From: an uncultured Lactobacillaceae bacterium
GTDB taxonomy: Bacteria > Bacillota > Bacilli > Lactobacillales > Lactobacillaceae
Assembly (NCBI GenBank): GCA_963926925.1
Contig: CAWUZD010000030.1
Span: 1 to 61,720 of the forward strand
Length of the DNA stretch: 61,720 nt
Direction: 5' to 3'
Program-made: the position numbers and the translations under genes
Notes under the pieces: generated by a model
What the model was told of the DNA's origin: nothing
The model's database searches: none
What the model saw: only the letters and a program-made list of their open reading frames with translations
Shown here: one piece after another, positions 50,830 to 59,906 of the stretch
How positions within the stretch are numbered: the first letter of the stretch is position 1
Layout of the letters: every line of letters starts with the position of its first letter

Positions 50830-52116
50830 TTAATCCTCCTGTGGTAATAAAGTTACCGTACTAAAAGCACGCGGTACAAAATAACGTTGTGCTAATGCCT
50901 TAATTTCATTAAGCGAAATATCCATTAAGATTTTGGCAATATCAAAGAACGTGACGTTTTGATACTGATTATCAACAATTTGATTAGCCAATGATGATAA
51001 TGAATTAAATGACCGCAAATAAGCACCTAAATTAGCCTTCTTAACGCGTTGTAAATGTGCTTCATTCAACGCATTATTAGTAGCTGCATGCTGTAATAAT
51101 ATTTGTAAAGCATCAATAAATTGTGCGGCATCATCCGTATCACCACTAACAGCCACAAAACTAGCATCTTCTGTAATACTAAATTCATAACCAAACGTGT
51201 CATCCAGAATGCGTTGTTGATATAACTTAATGTAATTATCAGAATCATCACCCAATAACATATCAAGTAACAAATTCATCATAATCTTTAAACGCATCCC
51301 ACTTTGATTATGCACAAATGGCACTAAATTCTTCACGCCAATAATACATTTAGGACGGGCAATTGCGGCATAAGCATTAGTATGAGCAACAATATCCGTT
51401 GCTACCGCATTAGCATGGGCAACATGAGGTAACGCATGGGCTAATAAATGCCGTTGCGCTTGATTAGCCGCAATCCATTCACTAACTTGGTGCACATCAA
51501 AATTACCCGTCATTAATAACTGCATATTATTCGGCACATAGAAATTATTATAAGCACACCACAAGTCATGTGCCGTAATCTGTTGCACTGAAGCAACCGT
51601 ACCGGCAACATCATGACTAAGCGGATGATGTGGATACAAATTACGCATTAACTGCATAAACAATTGCCAGTCTGGATCATCAACATACATGTTAATTTCC
51701 TGCGCAATAATGCCTTTTTCCTTATTAACCGTTTGTTCAGTAAAATAAGGTGTTTGCACCGTATCTAATAAAATATCTATATTAGCATGCAAGTTTTGCG
51801 TCGCCGTAAATAAAAAACTTGTCTTATCATACGTTGTAAAAGCATTCGCATCAGCACCATTTTTACTGAATAATTCAAACGCATCATAATCAGCTTTTTC
51901 AAACACCTTATGTTCCAAAAAATGGGCCACGCCAGCTGGTAACTTAACCGTTTGGTACTGATCATATGGTGTGAACTCATCATCGAGGGAACCATATTTT
52001 ACCGTTAACATGGCATAAGTTTGGTGAAAATCAGGTTGTGGCAACAACATCACTTGTAAGCCATTCGTTAAAGTCGTGGTATAAATTTGTTCACCTAAAA
52101 TTTGCGTTAAATGCAT
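50830..52116 (-). CDS. ymfH: M16 family zinc peptidase (YmfH-like, active subunit)
   Basis: 428 aa with an inverted zinc motif HFLEH (HxxEH). Confidence 0.8.
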   Translation of the reverse strand: MHLTQILGEQIYTTTLTNGLQVMLLPQPDFHQTYAMLTVKYGSLDDEFTPYDQYQTVKLPAGVAHFLEHKVFEKADYDAFELFSKNGADANAFTTYDKTSFLFTATQNLHANIDILLDTVQTPYFTEQTVNKEKGIIAQEINMYVDDPDWQLFMQLMRNLYPHHPLSHDVAGTVASVQQITAHDLWCAYNNFYVPNNMQLLMTGNFDVHQVSEWIAANQAQRHLLAHALPHVAHANAVATDIVAHTNAYAAIARPKCIIGVKNLVPFVHNQSGMRLKIMMNLLLDMLLGDDSDNYIKLYQQRILDDTFGYEFSITEDASFVAVSGDTDDAAQFIDALQILLQHAATNNALNEAHLQRVKKANLGAYLRSFNSLSSLANQIVDNQYQNVTFFDIAKILMDISLNEIKALAQRYFVPRAFSTVTLLPQED

Positions 52117-53381
52117 GATTTATTAGCTCCATTCATTACACATAATTGCACTTGCAAGCGCATTTGTTGGGCACAAGCTTGCACTTGGGCTTTGTCAACG
52201 GCTTGAATTAATTGTTGAAAACGCGTTGCATCGGGCAACGTTTGTTGCAAAACATCACTATATAACACGCGATTTAATAAGTAACGTGGTGAATCAAGAT
52301 GTGTGATAAAGTCATTAATTAAGCTCTGTTGATTTTGCATTAATAATTGTTGATCAAACTTACCAGCCGCTAAATTAGCAACTTGCGCTTGAATTGTTGT
52401 CACCACTTTTTCATAATCACGTTGATCAATGCCAGATTGCACCAATAAAACACCACAAAACGGATCCAATGTACTATCAGCATAATAAGCCAAATGCTCT
52501 TGTTCACGCACATGCAAGAATAACATCGACATCGCTGTCCCACCAAATAACGCATTCGTAACTAACCATGCTGGATAATTATCCTGGTAAAAATAGGCAG
52601 GCACTTGGTAAGCCATTGCTAATTTAGCTTGTTGGACATTATTTAAAAATAATTGCTTATCTTGTAATGGTTGTAAGGCCTGATGATAAAAGATTGTTGG
52701 CAAATCAACTTGATGAGCCGGCCAGTCAAAGATATTTAATGCGGTTAAAACCTGGTTATCATCAATGTCACCAAGTACCTCAACTTCAATACGATTAGTG
52801 GTGAACAAACGTTGGTAAGCCATGACCAAATCTTCATTCGTTAACTGGGCAACAACATGCGCATCCCCAAAACTAGGCGTCCGTTGCGCTGCTGTTTGGT
52901 AATACTGGGCTTGGACCATCAAATTGGCATAAAACTGCTTATCATCAATCGCACTATGCAAGTAAGCGAGTAAATTAGCTTGTTCACGTTGCACTAACTG
53001 TTCATCAAAATGACCATCCACAATATAAGGCCGTTGCAAAACTTGATAAATAAACTTAATACCCGCTGTCACCAAATCGGGATGATCGGGCAAATATTGC
53101 GGATCAACAATCCGTAACCGCACGGTTAAAAAACTATATTCACCATTTTTAGAAACATTAATGTCAAAATCAGCTCCATATAAATTAGCCAATTGGCGGG
53201 CCATTGCAGCTTGATTTTCAAAATCAGCACTACGACTTTCCAAAACCGTTGCCAGTAATGACCGCACGGACAAGCTTTTGGCCGTAATTGGTTCAATAAA
53301 ATGAAAGTTAATTTCAATTGTTTTAAATTGTTGCGTTGGCACCGTGTGCACCGTAACTTGCGGAGTAAGTTGTTTTAACAT
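52107..53381 (-). CDS. ymfF: M16 family peptidase-like protein without a zinc motif (YmfF-like partner subunit)
   Basis: 424 aa with M16 fold similarity but no HxxEH. It overlaps ymfH by 10 nt and ftsK by a TAATG. Confidence 0.7.
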   Translation of the reverse strand: MLKQLTPQVTVHTVPTQQFKTIEINFHFIEPITAKSLSVRSLLATVLESRSADFENQAAMARQLANLYGADFDINVSKNGEYSFLTVRLRIVDPQYLPDHPDLVTAGIKFIYQVLQRPYIVDGHFDEQLVQREQANLLAYLHSAIDDKQFYANLMVQAQYYQTAAQRTPSFGDAHVVAQLTNEDLVMAYQRLFTTNRIEVEVLGDIDDNQVLTALNIFDWPAHQVDLPTIFYHQALQPLQDKQLFLNNVQQAKLAMAYQVPAYFYQDNYPAWLVTNALFGGTAMSMLFLHVREQEHLAYYADSTLDPFCGVLLVQSGIDQRDYEKVVTTIQAQVANLAAGKFDQQLLMQNQQSLINDFITHLDSPRYLLNRVLYSDVLQQTLPDATRFQQLIQAVDKAQVQACAQQMRLQVQLCVMNGANKSCI

Positions 53382-55708
53382 TATTGTTCCTCTTGTTCAT
53401 TCGTTTTAATTTTATCTAAGAAAACTTGGCGTGGTTTGCTACCCATCATTGGTCCAACAATCCCCTGTGCTTCCATTTCATCAACCAAGCGGGCCGCACG
53501 GTTATAACCAATCCGGAAGCGCCGTTGCAGCATTGACACACTAGCCGCCTTCTTTTGGGCAACAAAGGCTACTGCTTCCGGATAAAGTTCATCCGTTGAT
53601 GATTGCTCATCATCCGCGGCTGGCGCAGCCGTTGGCATCATATTATCATCATAAACTGCGGTTTGTTCTTGCTTGATAAAATCAACCACATTAACCACAT
53701 CCTGCGTAGCAATATACGCACCCTGGACACGGACTGGCTTAGAAACATCCATTGGTTTATAAAGCATATCACCACGGCCAAGTAATTTTTCAGCACCGCT
53801 AGTATCCAAGATGGTCCGCGCATCAATACTACTTGAAACCGCAAACGCAATCCGTGATGGGATATTCGCCTTAATTAATCCAGTAATAACATCGACACTA
53901 GGCCGTTGGGTGGCAATAATCATATGCATCCCGGCGGCCCGTGCCATTTGGGCTAACCGAATAATCGCACTTTCAACTTCATTACCAGCTACCATCATTA
54001 AGTCGGCTAATTCATCAACGACAATGACAATATATGGCATTGGTTCACCTAAACTTGGGTCATTAGCAACTTTTTGATTGTATTCCTGCATCTTGTGAAC
54101 ACCAGTTTTGGCAAATACGTTATAACGCCGTTCCATTTCTTTAACGGCCTTATTCAATGCATCGGCTGCTTTACGTGAATCAGTGACAACTGGCGTCAAT
54201 AAGTGCGGCACATCATTATACGCATTTAATTCCACCATCTTCGGATCAATCAACATTAACTTCACGGCTTCCGGACGATTACGCATTAATAAGGCCGTAA
54301 TCATGTCATTAATCATGACTGATTTCCCGGAACCAGTTGCCCCAGCAATCAATAAATGTGGCATCTTACTCAAGTCACATGTAATCACATTACCTTCAAT
54401 GTCACGCCCAAGTGGTACTTCTAATGGGCGGTCTTGATGGAAATATTGTGGTGCCATTACATCACGAAAACCAACCATTGCTACGGTACGGTTCGGTACT
54501 TCAATCCCAATTAATGATTTCCCAGGAATTGGTGCTTCAATCCGCAAATCCTTCGCAGCTAGCGCCAGGGCGAGATCATCACTAAGATTAACAATCTTGC
54601 TAACTTTAACTCCAATTGCGGGTTGAATTTCGTAACGAGTAACAGCCGGACCCATGACAGCATCCTTAATGGCGACATCAACTTTAAAGCTATCAAACGT
54701 TGCCTTAAGTTTTTGCTTATTAAACGCAATTAACTTCCGTTCTTGTGACTGATCAGCATTGGCCACCTTGGTTAATAAACTTAATGGTGGTAATTGATAG
54801 TTTTGGTTACTATGTGGCACCGCATTCGTTGGTGTTGGTTTAATTGCAGCATGATGTTCATCTAATTCTTCCGCATGAGAACGATGTGGTAAAATCTTTT
54901 CCTTTAATTCTGGCGTTGGTAAATCATCAGCCGTTGGTGCTGCACTTAGCAGCGGCGCAGCCATTGAATTGGGCATAGTTTCAGCAACTGTTGGCACTTC
55001 ATCAGTTACTGCTTCATCATCATGCTGGACATCAGCTTGCTTAGTAAGCATCGCTTGACGATGGTCCTGCCAACTAGTCCGCACGCGTTGCCATTGTTGC
55101 ATTAATAACTGGCCAACTTGCTTAAACCATTGCCAAACTTGTTTAAAACTAATGTTAAAGAAGAGTAATAAGCCACTAGCAAACAATAATGCCACAATCA
55201 CATACGTGCCGAACTGGGCAACTAATAAATGCGTCCATTGGTATAACCAATTACCCACTAAACCACCAGTCGCCGTCACACTAATATGGTCACCACTAGC
55301 ATTATTAACTAAGGTTTGTCCCCAGTTAGCAAAGTGGTAACTAAACGTATCATTGTGGAAGTACCAAGCACTATCGGCTAATAATAACGCCAGGTATACA
55401 CAACCAGCCCCACCTAAATAACGGCAGTGTTGCTTCAATAAAGCTGGCTTTTGCCAACAACAATAAACACCCGCAATCATTAAGAAAATGGCACTTAACC
55501 AAGCAAAATCACCACTAATAAATTGCAAAACATCATCCCACCATAAACCAATGATGCCAAGTCTAAATAAGCTCAAAAAATTGAGCATAATTAATAAACC
55601 ACCAATGATTTGCCAATGGTGTTGATGCCAAAAATTAAATTGTGGTTGTGACTTACGCGGCGTTTTGCGCCGTGTTTTTTTAGCTGTTGAACGTTTCGTT
55701 TTTGCCAC
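53381..55708 (-). CDS. ftsK: DNA translocase FtsK/SpoIIIE
   Basis: 775 aa with N-terminal TM segments, a linker, a motor domain with GATGSGKS and a C-terminal gamma winged helix. It uses a GTG start behind GGAG. Confidence 0.95.
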   Translation of the reverse strand: MAKTKRSTAKKTRRKTPRKSQPQFNFWHQHHWQIIGGLLIMLNFLSLFRLGIIGLWWDDVLQFISGDFAWLSAIFLMIAGVYCCWQKPALLKQHCRYLGGAGCVYLALLLADSAWYFHNDTFSYHFANWGQTLVNNASGDHISVTATGGLVGNWLYQWTHLLVAQFGTYVIVALLFASGLLLFFNISFKQVWQWFKQVGQLLMQQWQRVRTSWQDHRQAMLTKQADVQHDDEAVTDEVPTVAETMPNSMAAPLLSAAPTADDLPTPELKEKILPHRSHAEELDEHHAAIKPTPTNAVPHSNQNYQLPPLSLLTKVANADQSQERKLIAFNKQKLKATFDSFKVDVAIKDAVMGPAVTRYEIQPAIGVKVSKIVNLSDDLALALAAKDLRIEAPIPGKSLIGIEVPNRTVAMVGFRDVMAPQYFHQDRPLEVPLGRDIEGNVITCDLSKMPHLLIAGATGSGKSVMINDMITALLMRNRPEAVKLMLIDPKMVELNAYNDVPHLLTPVVTDSRKAADALNKAVKEMERRYNVFAKTGVHKMQEYNQKVANDPSLGEPMPYIVIVVDELADLMMVAGNEVESAIIRLAQMARAAGMHMIIATQRPSVDVITGLIKANIPSRIAFAVSSSIDARTILDTSGAEKLLGRGDMLYKPMDVSKPVRVQGAYIATQDVVNVVDFIKQEQTAVYDDNMMPTAAPAADDEQSSTDELYPEAVAFVAQKKAASVSMLQRRFRIGYNRAARLVDEMEAQGIVGPMMGSKPRQVFLDKIKTNEQEEQ

Positions 55709-55735
55709 GTTTGTTACTCCGTTTCTAATTAGCCT

Positions 55736-55772
55736 AAAAAAAGAGATTGGTAACGTGACGCAATCTCTTTTT
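55736..55772 (-). terminator. trmL terminator
   Basis: On the minus strand, AAAGAGATTG-cgtcacgtta-CAATCTCTTT is followed by T-rich sequence. Confidence 0.75.
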
Positions 55773-55776
55773 GTAA

Positions 55777-56286
55777 TTATTTCAATTTATCATGTGAATA
55801 AGTATGGGTTAATTCCAAGTTAGCAAACTTTTGTTGCCGTAATACTTCATAGATTACCAAGGCAGCACAATTAGACAAGTTCAAAGACCGTACCTTGTCA
55901 GTCATGGGAATCCGCAAATTACGACCCTTGTTAGCACGTTGGAATGGTTCAGGTAACCCCGTCGTTTCCTTACCAAACATTAAGTAGTAATCATGATCAG
56001 TATCACTAAAATCTTGATCAGTATAAACACGTTCGGCAAACTTGGAAATTAAGAACATATAATTCTTATCAGGCACAGTTGCCAAGAAAGCATCCAAGTT
56101 TTCATGATAATGAATCTTAACACTAGCCCAGTAATCTAGGCCAGCCCGCTTCAAATGCTTATCGTCAGTTTCAAAACCTAAGGGTTTAATTAAATCCAAT
56201 ACGGTATCAGTAGCAGCACAAGTCCGCGCAATGTTACCAGTATTAGCAGGAATTAATGGTTCAAATAATACAATATGATTAGTCAT
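55777..56286 (-). CDS. trmL: tRNA (cytidine/uridine-2'-O-)-methyltransferase TrmL (SpoU family)
   Basis: 169 aa with SPOUT motifs (NTGNIARTC, LMFGKETTGL, SLNLSN). Confidence 0.88.
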   Translation of the reverse strand: MTNHIVLFEPLIPANTGNIARTCAATDTVLDLIKPLGFETDDKHLKRAGLDYWASVKIHYHENLDAFLATVPDKNYMFLISKFAERVYTDQDFSDTDHDYYLMFGKETTGLPEPFQRANKGRNLRIPMTDKVRSLNLSNCAALVIYEVLRQQKFANLELTHTYSHDKLK

Positions 56287-56371
56287 TAATCTTTAGCCTC
56301 TTAATTAATCATTCATCGCAATAACTTCATTAATTATACTATTTTTAACATGAAATTAAAATTTCACCACA

Positions 56372-56420
56372 AAATAAAAAAACGTAATATTTCGGTGTTT
56401 GCACGGCAAAATATTACGTT
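56372..56420 (-). terminator. rlmA terminator, the most distal of several 3' hairpins
   Basis: On the minus strand, AACGTAATATTT-(16 nt)-AAATATTACGTT is followed by TTTTTTTATTTT. It lies about 100 nt beyond the rlmA stop. Confidence 0.7.
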
Positions 56421-56517
56421 AGTGAATTTACTAGTCACTAACTTTTATCACGGGTTGCTGATAAAAGTTACTGAGAATAACTTAATATAATTAAGTTACT
56501 ACTTAATTTTCCTAAAA

Positions 56518-57363
56518 TCAACACTTTTTTGCAACTAATAACGTGACATCAACACTAATTTGTGTTAAAGGTTGCGCCTCTAATCGGGCTAATTGCGCAT
56601 CACTCGCGCGCCATGTTAATGGCGTCATCGCAATTAAATCACTAAAAGTTACCGCATCTAACGCAAATTGATACTGAATGACTTGTTGCGTGGCCTGCGG
56701 ATAAGTCTGCATAAAGCGTTGTAAAATATCATGGTTATCATAACTACCCTTTTCCTCACCACTAAACAACGCCTGGCGTAATTCATGCAAGTAACCACTA
56801 TTCGGAATAATCTTGAGTAACTGCCCACCTGGTGCTAAAACACGGTCAAACTCGTGATAGGCTGATGGTGAAAAAATATCAACCACCGTATCAATGGCAC
56901 CATCATTAAACGGTAAATTCGTTAAATCCGCTACACAGAAGAAGCAATTAGTTGTTTGTTGGGTGGCTAGATTAATTCCATCCTTGGCAATATCAAAACC
57001 AATATAATTACCCGGTACCATTTGCGCTAATAATTGCGTAGGCGTGCCTTCACCACACCCTACATCAATAATATTAGTATGTGGCTGTAAGTACGTTGCT
57101 AGTTCACGTAAGAACGGTGTAAAGAACCCCGCTTGTAATAAGTGCCGCCGGTGTAAAAACATCTCCCGTTGGTATTCCGTCTTCACCTGATGATTCAAGA
57201 AATTAATCGTGCCCTTCTTATTCACATCAAACCAGTGATTATTAGGACAAACCAAACTATGATCAGTCACCATTTGAAACGGCGCATGACAAATTGGACA
57301 ACGCCAGAGTGATAAGTGCTCATTCAAAAAAGTTAATGCTGCATCTAATTTACTTTTCATCAT
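56518..57363 (-). CDS. rlmA: 23S rRNA (guanine-N1)-methyltransferase RlmA family
   Basis: An N-terminal 4-Cys zinc finger (WRCPICHAPF...LVCPNNHWFD) and the SAM motif IIDVGCGEG. The likely start is ATG 57363 (MMKSK). The 44-aa hydrophobic N-terminal extension in the track reads through the promoter region. Confidence 0.85.
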   Translation of the reverse strand: MMKSKLDAALTFLNEHLSLWRCPICHAPFQMVTDHSLVCPNNHWFDVNKKGTINFLNHQVKTEYQREMFLHRRHLLQAGFFTPFLRELATYLQPHTNIIDVGCGEGTPTQLLAQMVPGNYIGFDIAKDGINLATQQTTNCFFCVADLTNLPFNDGAIDTVVDIFSPSAYHEFDRVLAPGGQLLKIIPNSGYLHELRQALFSGEEKGSYDNHDILQRFMQTYPQATQQVIQYQFALDAVTFSDLIAMTPLTWRASDAQLARLEAQPLTQISVDVTLLVAKKC

Positions 57364-57415
57364 AAATTTCCTATTATATCGATTAATTTTGCTAGTAATT
57401 ATTATATAATACTTA

Positions 57416-57444
57416 TTGACAAGAAAGATACTTGGTCTTACTAT
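57416..57444 (+). promoter_or_regulatory. Candidate sigma-A promoter of rpsN
   Basis: TTGACA (57416-57421), a 17-nt spacer, then TACTAT (57439-57444). Further -10-like elements lie downstream: TGaTAGAAT at 57461-57469 and TATAAT at 57469-57474. Confidence 0.5.
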
Positions 57445-57513
57445 TTGTAAGTACAAAATGTGATAGAATATAATAATGAACAAAAAATTTAACAAGGAGG
57501 ATTAGATAAGGTT

Positions 57514-57783
57514 ATGGCTAAAAAATCAAAGATCGCTAAAGAAAAAAAGATTGAAGCTACTGTAGCTAAGTATGCCGCATTGCGTGCTCAATATAAGAAA
57601 GAACATAACTATGCTGCATTACAAAAGTTACCACGGAATGCTTCCCCAGTACGGATTCATAATCGTGACTTAATTGATGGCCGTCCACATGCATACTTGC
57701 GGAAATTCAAGATGTCACGGATTAACTTCCGTAACTTAGCACACAAGGGTCAAATTCCTGGTGTTCATAAAGCAAGTTGGTAA
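57514..57783 (+). CDS. rpsN: 30S ribosomal protein S14, long zinc-independent (C-minus) form
   Basis: 89 aa with a typical S14 C-terminus ([17 protein letters not shown]) and no CxxC pairs. Confidence 0.92.
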   Translation: MAKKSKIAKEKKIEATVAKYAALRAQYKKEHNYAALQKLPRNASPVRIHNRDLIDGRPHAYLRKFKMSRINFRNLAHKGQIPGVHKASW

Positions 57784-57801
57784 TCAAAACAAATTGAAAT
57801 T

Positions 57802-57841
57802 AATAGGTTTCATAACAGTTGTTGTGAAGCCTATTTTTTTA
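57802..57841 (+). terminator. rpsN terminator
   Basis: AATAGGTTTCATAACA-gtt-TGTTGTGAAGCCTATT, a 16-bp stem including two G-U pairs, followed by T7. Confidence 0.85.
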
Positions 57842-57890
57842 TGGTTATGATAAAATTTAATTAAATAATTAAACTGAATGGTGAATAAAA

Positions 57891-58508
57891 ATGCTATTAA
57901 AAGAAGTTATTGTTGAAAACTTTACCGACATCCCGCGCCAGGTTGCTAACGGGGCTGAACGCATCATCGTTGCTGATAACCTTCAAGCTGGTGGTACGAC
58001 TACCAGCAAGGGCGTAATTGCTGAAGCAACCCGCTACATCCATGAACATGACAAGGCAAGTTACTTCATGATTCGGCCGCGTGGTGGTGATAATATCTAC
58101 AGTGATACCGAAGTTAAAATCATGGAAGCCGATATCTTTGAAGCGCAAGCCCAAGGTGCAGACGGCATTATGTTAGGTGCCCTTACGCCACAAAATACCA
58201 TTGACACCGACGCCATGGAACAATTCATCGCCGCTGCCAACGGGATGGAAATCATCTTTAATGCCTTTGACCAAATCGCACCTGACCAACAACAAGACGC
58301 CTTAGAATGGCTTGATGAACACGACATTGCCCAAATTACCACTCAAGGTAATCCTACTAAATTCGATAGTAAGCATATTAAAGAAATTATCAGTTGGGCT
58401 GATCAAACCATCAGCATTGTGCCAATTTTTAAAATTGATGATGCCAACATTGCTGACACTGCTAAAGAATTAGGTGCAAAGATGGTTTGCGAAATTGATG
58501 AAAAGTAA
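57891..58508 (+). CDS. cutC: Copper homeostasis protein CutC family
   Basis: 205 aa TIM-barrel-like CutC family pattern (LKEVIVENF...AERIIVADNL...FMIRPRGGD). Confidence 0.7.
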   Translation: MLLKEVIVENFTDIPRQVANGAERIIVADNLQAGGTTTSKGVIAEATRYIHEHDKASYFMIRPRGGDNIYSDTEVKIMEADIFEAQAQGADGIMLGALTPQNTIDTDAMEQFIAAANGMEIIFNAFDQIAPDQQQDALEWLDEHDIAQITTQGNPTKFDSKHIKEIISWADQTISIVPIFKIDDANIADTAKELGAKMVCEIDEK

Positions 58509-58514
58509 AAATAG

Positions 58515-59873
58515 CTAATGAATAAAAAATACTACTGAGATAACAACTACTAACAAGATATCCACAAGTGTGTTTGAAACCAAAATTGATAAGAATACGA
58601 TTGCGATAGCAAGCCATAATACGCAAGCTACTAACCAAGCAACACCGTTACCACCATTCTTACCACCAACTCTGAATGGTCTTTCCATATCAGGTTGCTT
58701 GTAACGTAACTTGATAAAGGCAATTGCCATGATCATGTATACTAACATGTATAATACGTTAGTTGCATTTGTTAATGTTAAGAACATGTCATTAACATCT
58801 TTAGCAAAGGCATATAATAATGCGAAGATTGTTAAAATGATAATTTGTGTCCATAACAAGTTCTTGGAAATATCATATTCATTAGTCTTGTGGAAGCCCC
58901 ATTTTGCAGGTAAGAAGCCTTCACGAGCAACTTGACTAATAGTATGAGCTGGTCCATTGATCCAAGATGATAATTGTAAAATAACACCTAATGCAACCAA
59001 AAGACTAAATATGTTAGTTATCCACATTGGTAAGTGAAGAACCGTGCAGTATAAAGCAATTGGTTGAGCAATGTTTGATAATTGAACACTGCCCTTAGGA
59101 ACAACGTTAGAAACCATCATTGAGTTAATAACGTTTAATAATACAATTAAAATCAATGATAAGAATACACCACGAATATAGTTCCGTTTGTAATCTTTCA
59201 ATTGTGGAATATAAACTGATGTTAATTCAATACCTGTAAATAGGAACATAATAGCACTAAAGTAAGTTAAAGTTTGTGTATCAGTTAAATTAGGAATTAA
59301 CTTAGCCCAACTAAATTTACCTAAGTAACTATCTGGACGTAAACCTGTCTTAATTGTTGAAGCAACACCTAAAACAATTAAGATAATTACGGGAATGTAA
59401 ACACCAACCCATACACCATAGTTACCACCAATTTTAGCAACGTTTAATTTGAAACTGAGTAATGTAATTACCCATGTAGCTACTAAAATGCAGATAAACA
59501 TGAACCAGTGATTAGTGGCCAATTGTGGTTGTCCAAAAGTTTCACCAATAAGAGGTCCTAATGTGGAAGTTACCATGATTAATCCTGGAAACATTTGTGC
59601 CCAGAGCAACCAAGCTACTACAAATCCCCACTTACTACCTAATCCTTCTTTGACCCATAATTGTGGACCACCATTTCCTGGAAATGCAGATCCAAATTCA
59701 CCAGCAATAAATACAACTGGTAAAGCAAAGAACAAAACAGCAAATAACAAATAAGATATTTGTTGCCAACCTGTTGCCGCAATTGTTGGAATACTACGGA
59801 CATTAGCAACCATCGCCATGGTTACACCTACGAAAGACATAAAGCCATAACGATATTTCTTCTCTTCTGACAT
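58515..59873 (-). CDS. tyrP: APC-superfamily amino acid antiporter, probable tyrosine:tyramine exchanger
   Basis: 452 aa with about 12 TM segments, lying immediately downstream (33 nt) of the tyrosine decarboxylase gene as in known tdc operons. Confidence 0.65.
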   Translation of the reverse strand: MSEEKKYRYGFMSFVGVTMAMVANVRSIPTIAATGWQQISYLLFAVLFFALPVVFIAGEFGSAFPGNGGPQLWVKEGLGSKWGFVVAWLLWAQMFPGLIMVTSTLGPLIGETFGQPQLATNHWFMFICILVATWVITLLSFKLNVAKIGGNYGVWVGVYIPVIILIVLGVASTIKTGLRPDSYLGKFSWAKLIPNLTDTQTLTYFSAIMFLFTGIELTSVYIPQLKDYKRNYIRGVFLSLILIVLLNVINSMMVSNVVPKGSVQLSNIAQPIALYCTVLHLPMWITNIFSLLVALGVILQLSSWINGPAHTISQVAREGFLPAKWGFHKTNEYDISKNLLWTQIIILTIFALLYAFAKDVNDMFLTLTNATNVLYMLVYMIMAIAFIKLRYKQPDMERPFRVGGKNGGNGVAWLVACVLWLAIAIVFLSILVSNTLVDILLVVVISVVFFIH

Positions 59874-59906
59874 TTAAAATTCCTTCTTAACCCTAAAATT
59901 ATCTAA

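Noticed and set aside
57364-57495. The 44-aa hydrophobic N-terminal extension of rlmA in the track (start 57495), together with similar short extensions of ung, pta, tpi, trxB, phoP, phoR, pstS, rny, tagO, comFC, the GT4 gene and the Wzy-like gene.
   Set aside because: In each case an internal ATG has a properly spaced SD and matches the family N-terminus. The longer start either lacks an SD, abuts or overlaps the SD, or reads through an obvious promoter/AT-rich region.
57364-57513. A possible Zur/AdcR operator upstream of the zinc-independent S14 gene.
   Set aside because: I found no TCGTAAT-N-ATTACGA-like or TTAACYRGTTAA-like palindrome. Only half-site-like fragments (TTAACAAG) are present, and they overlap the SD.
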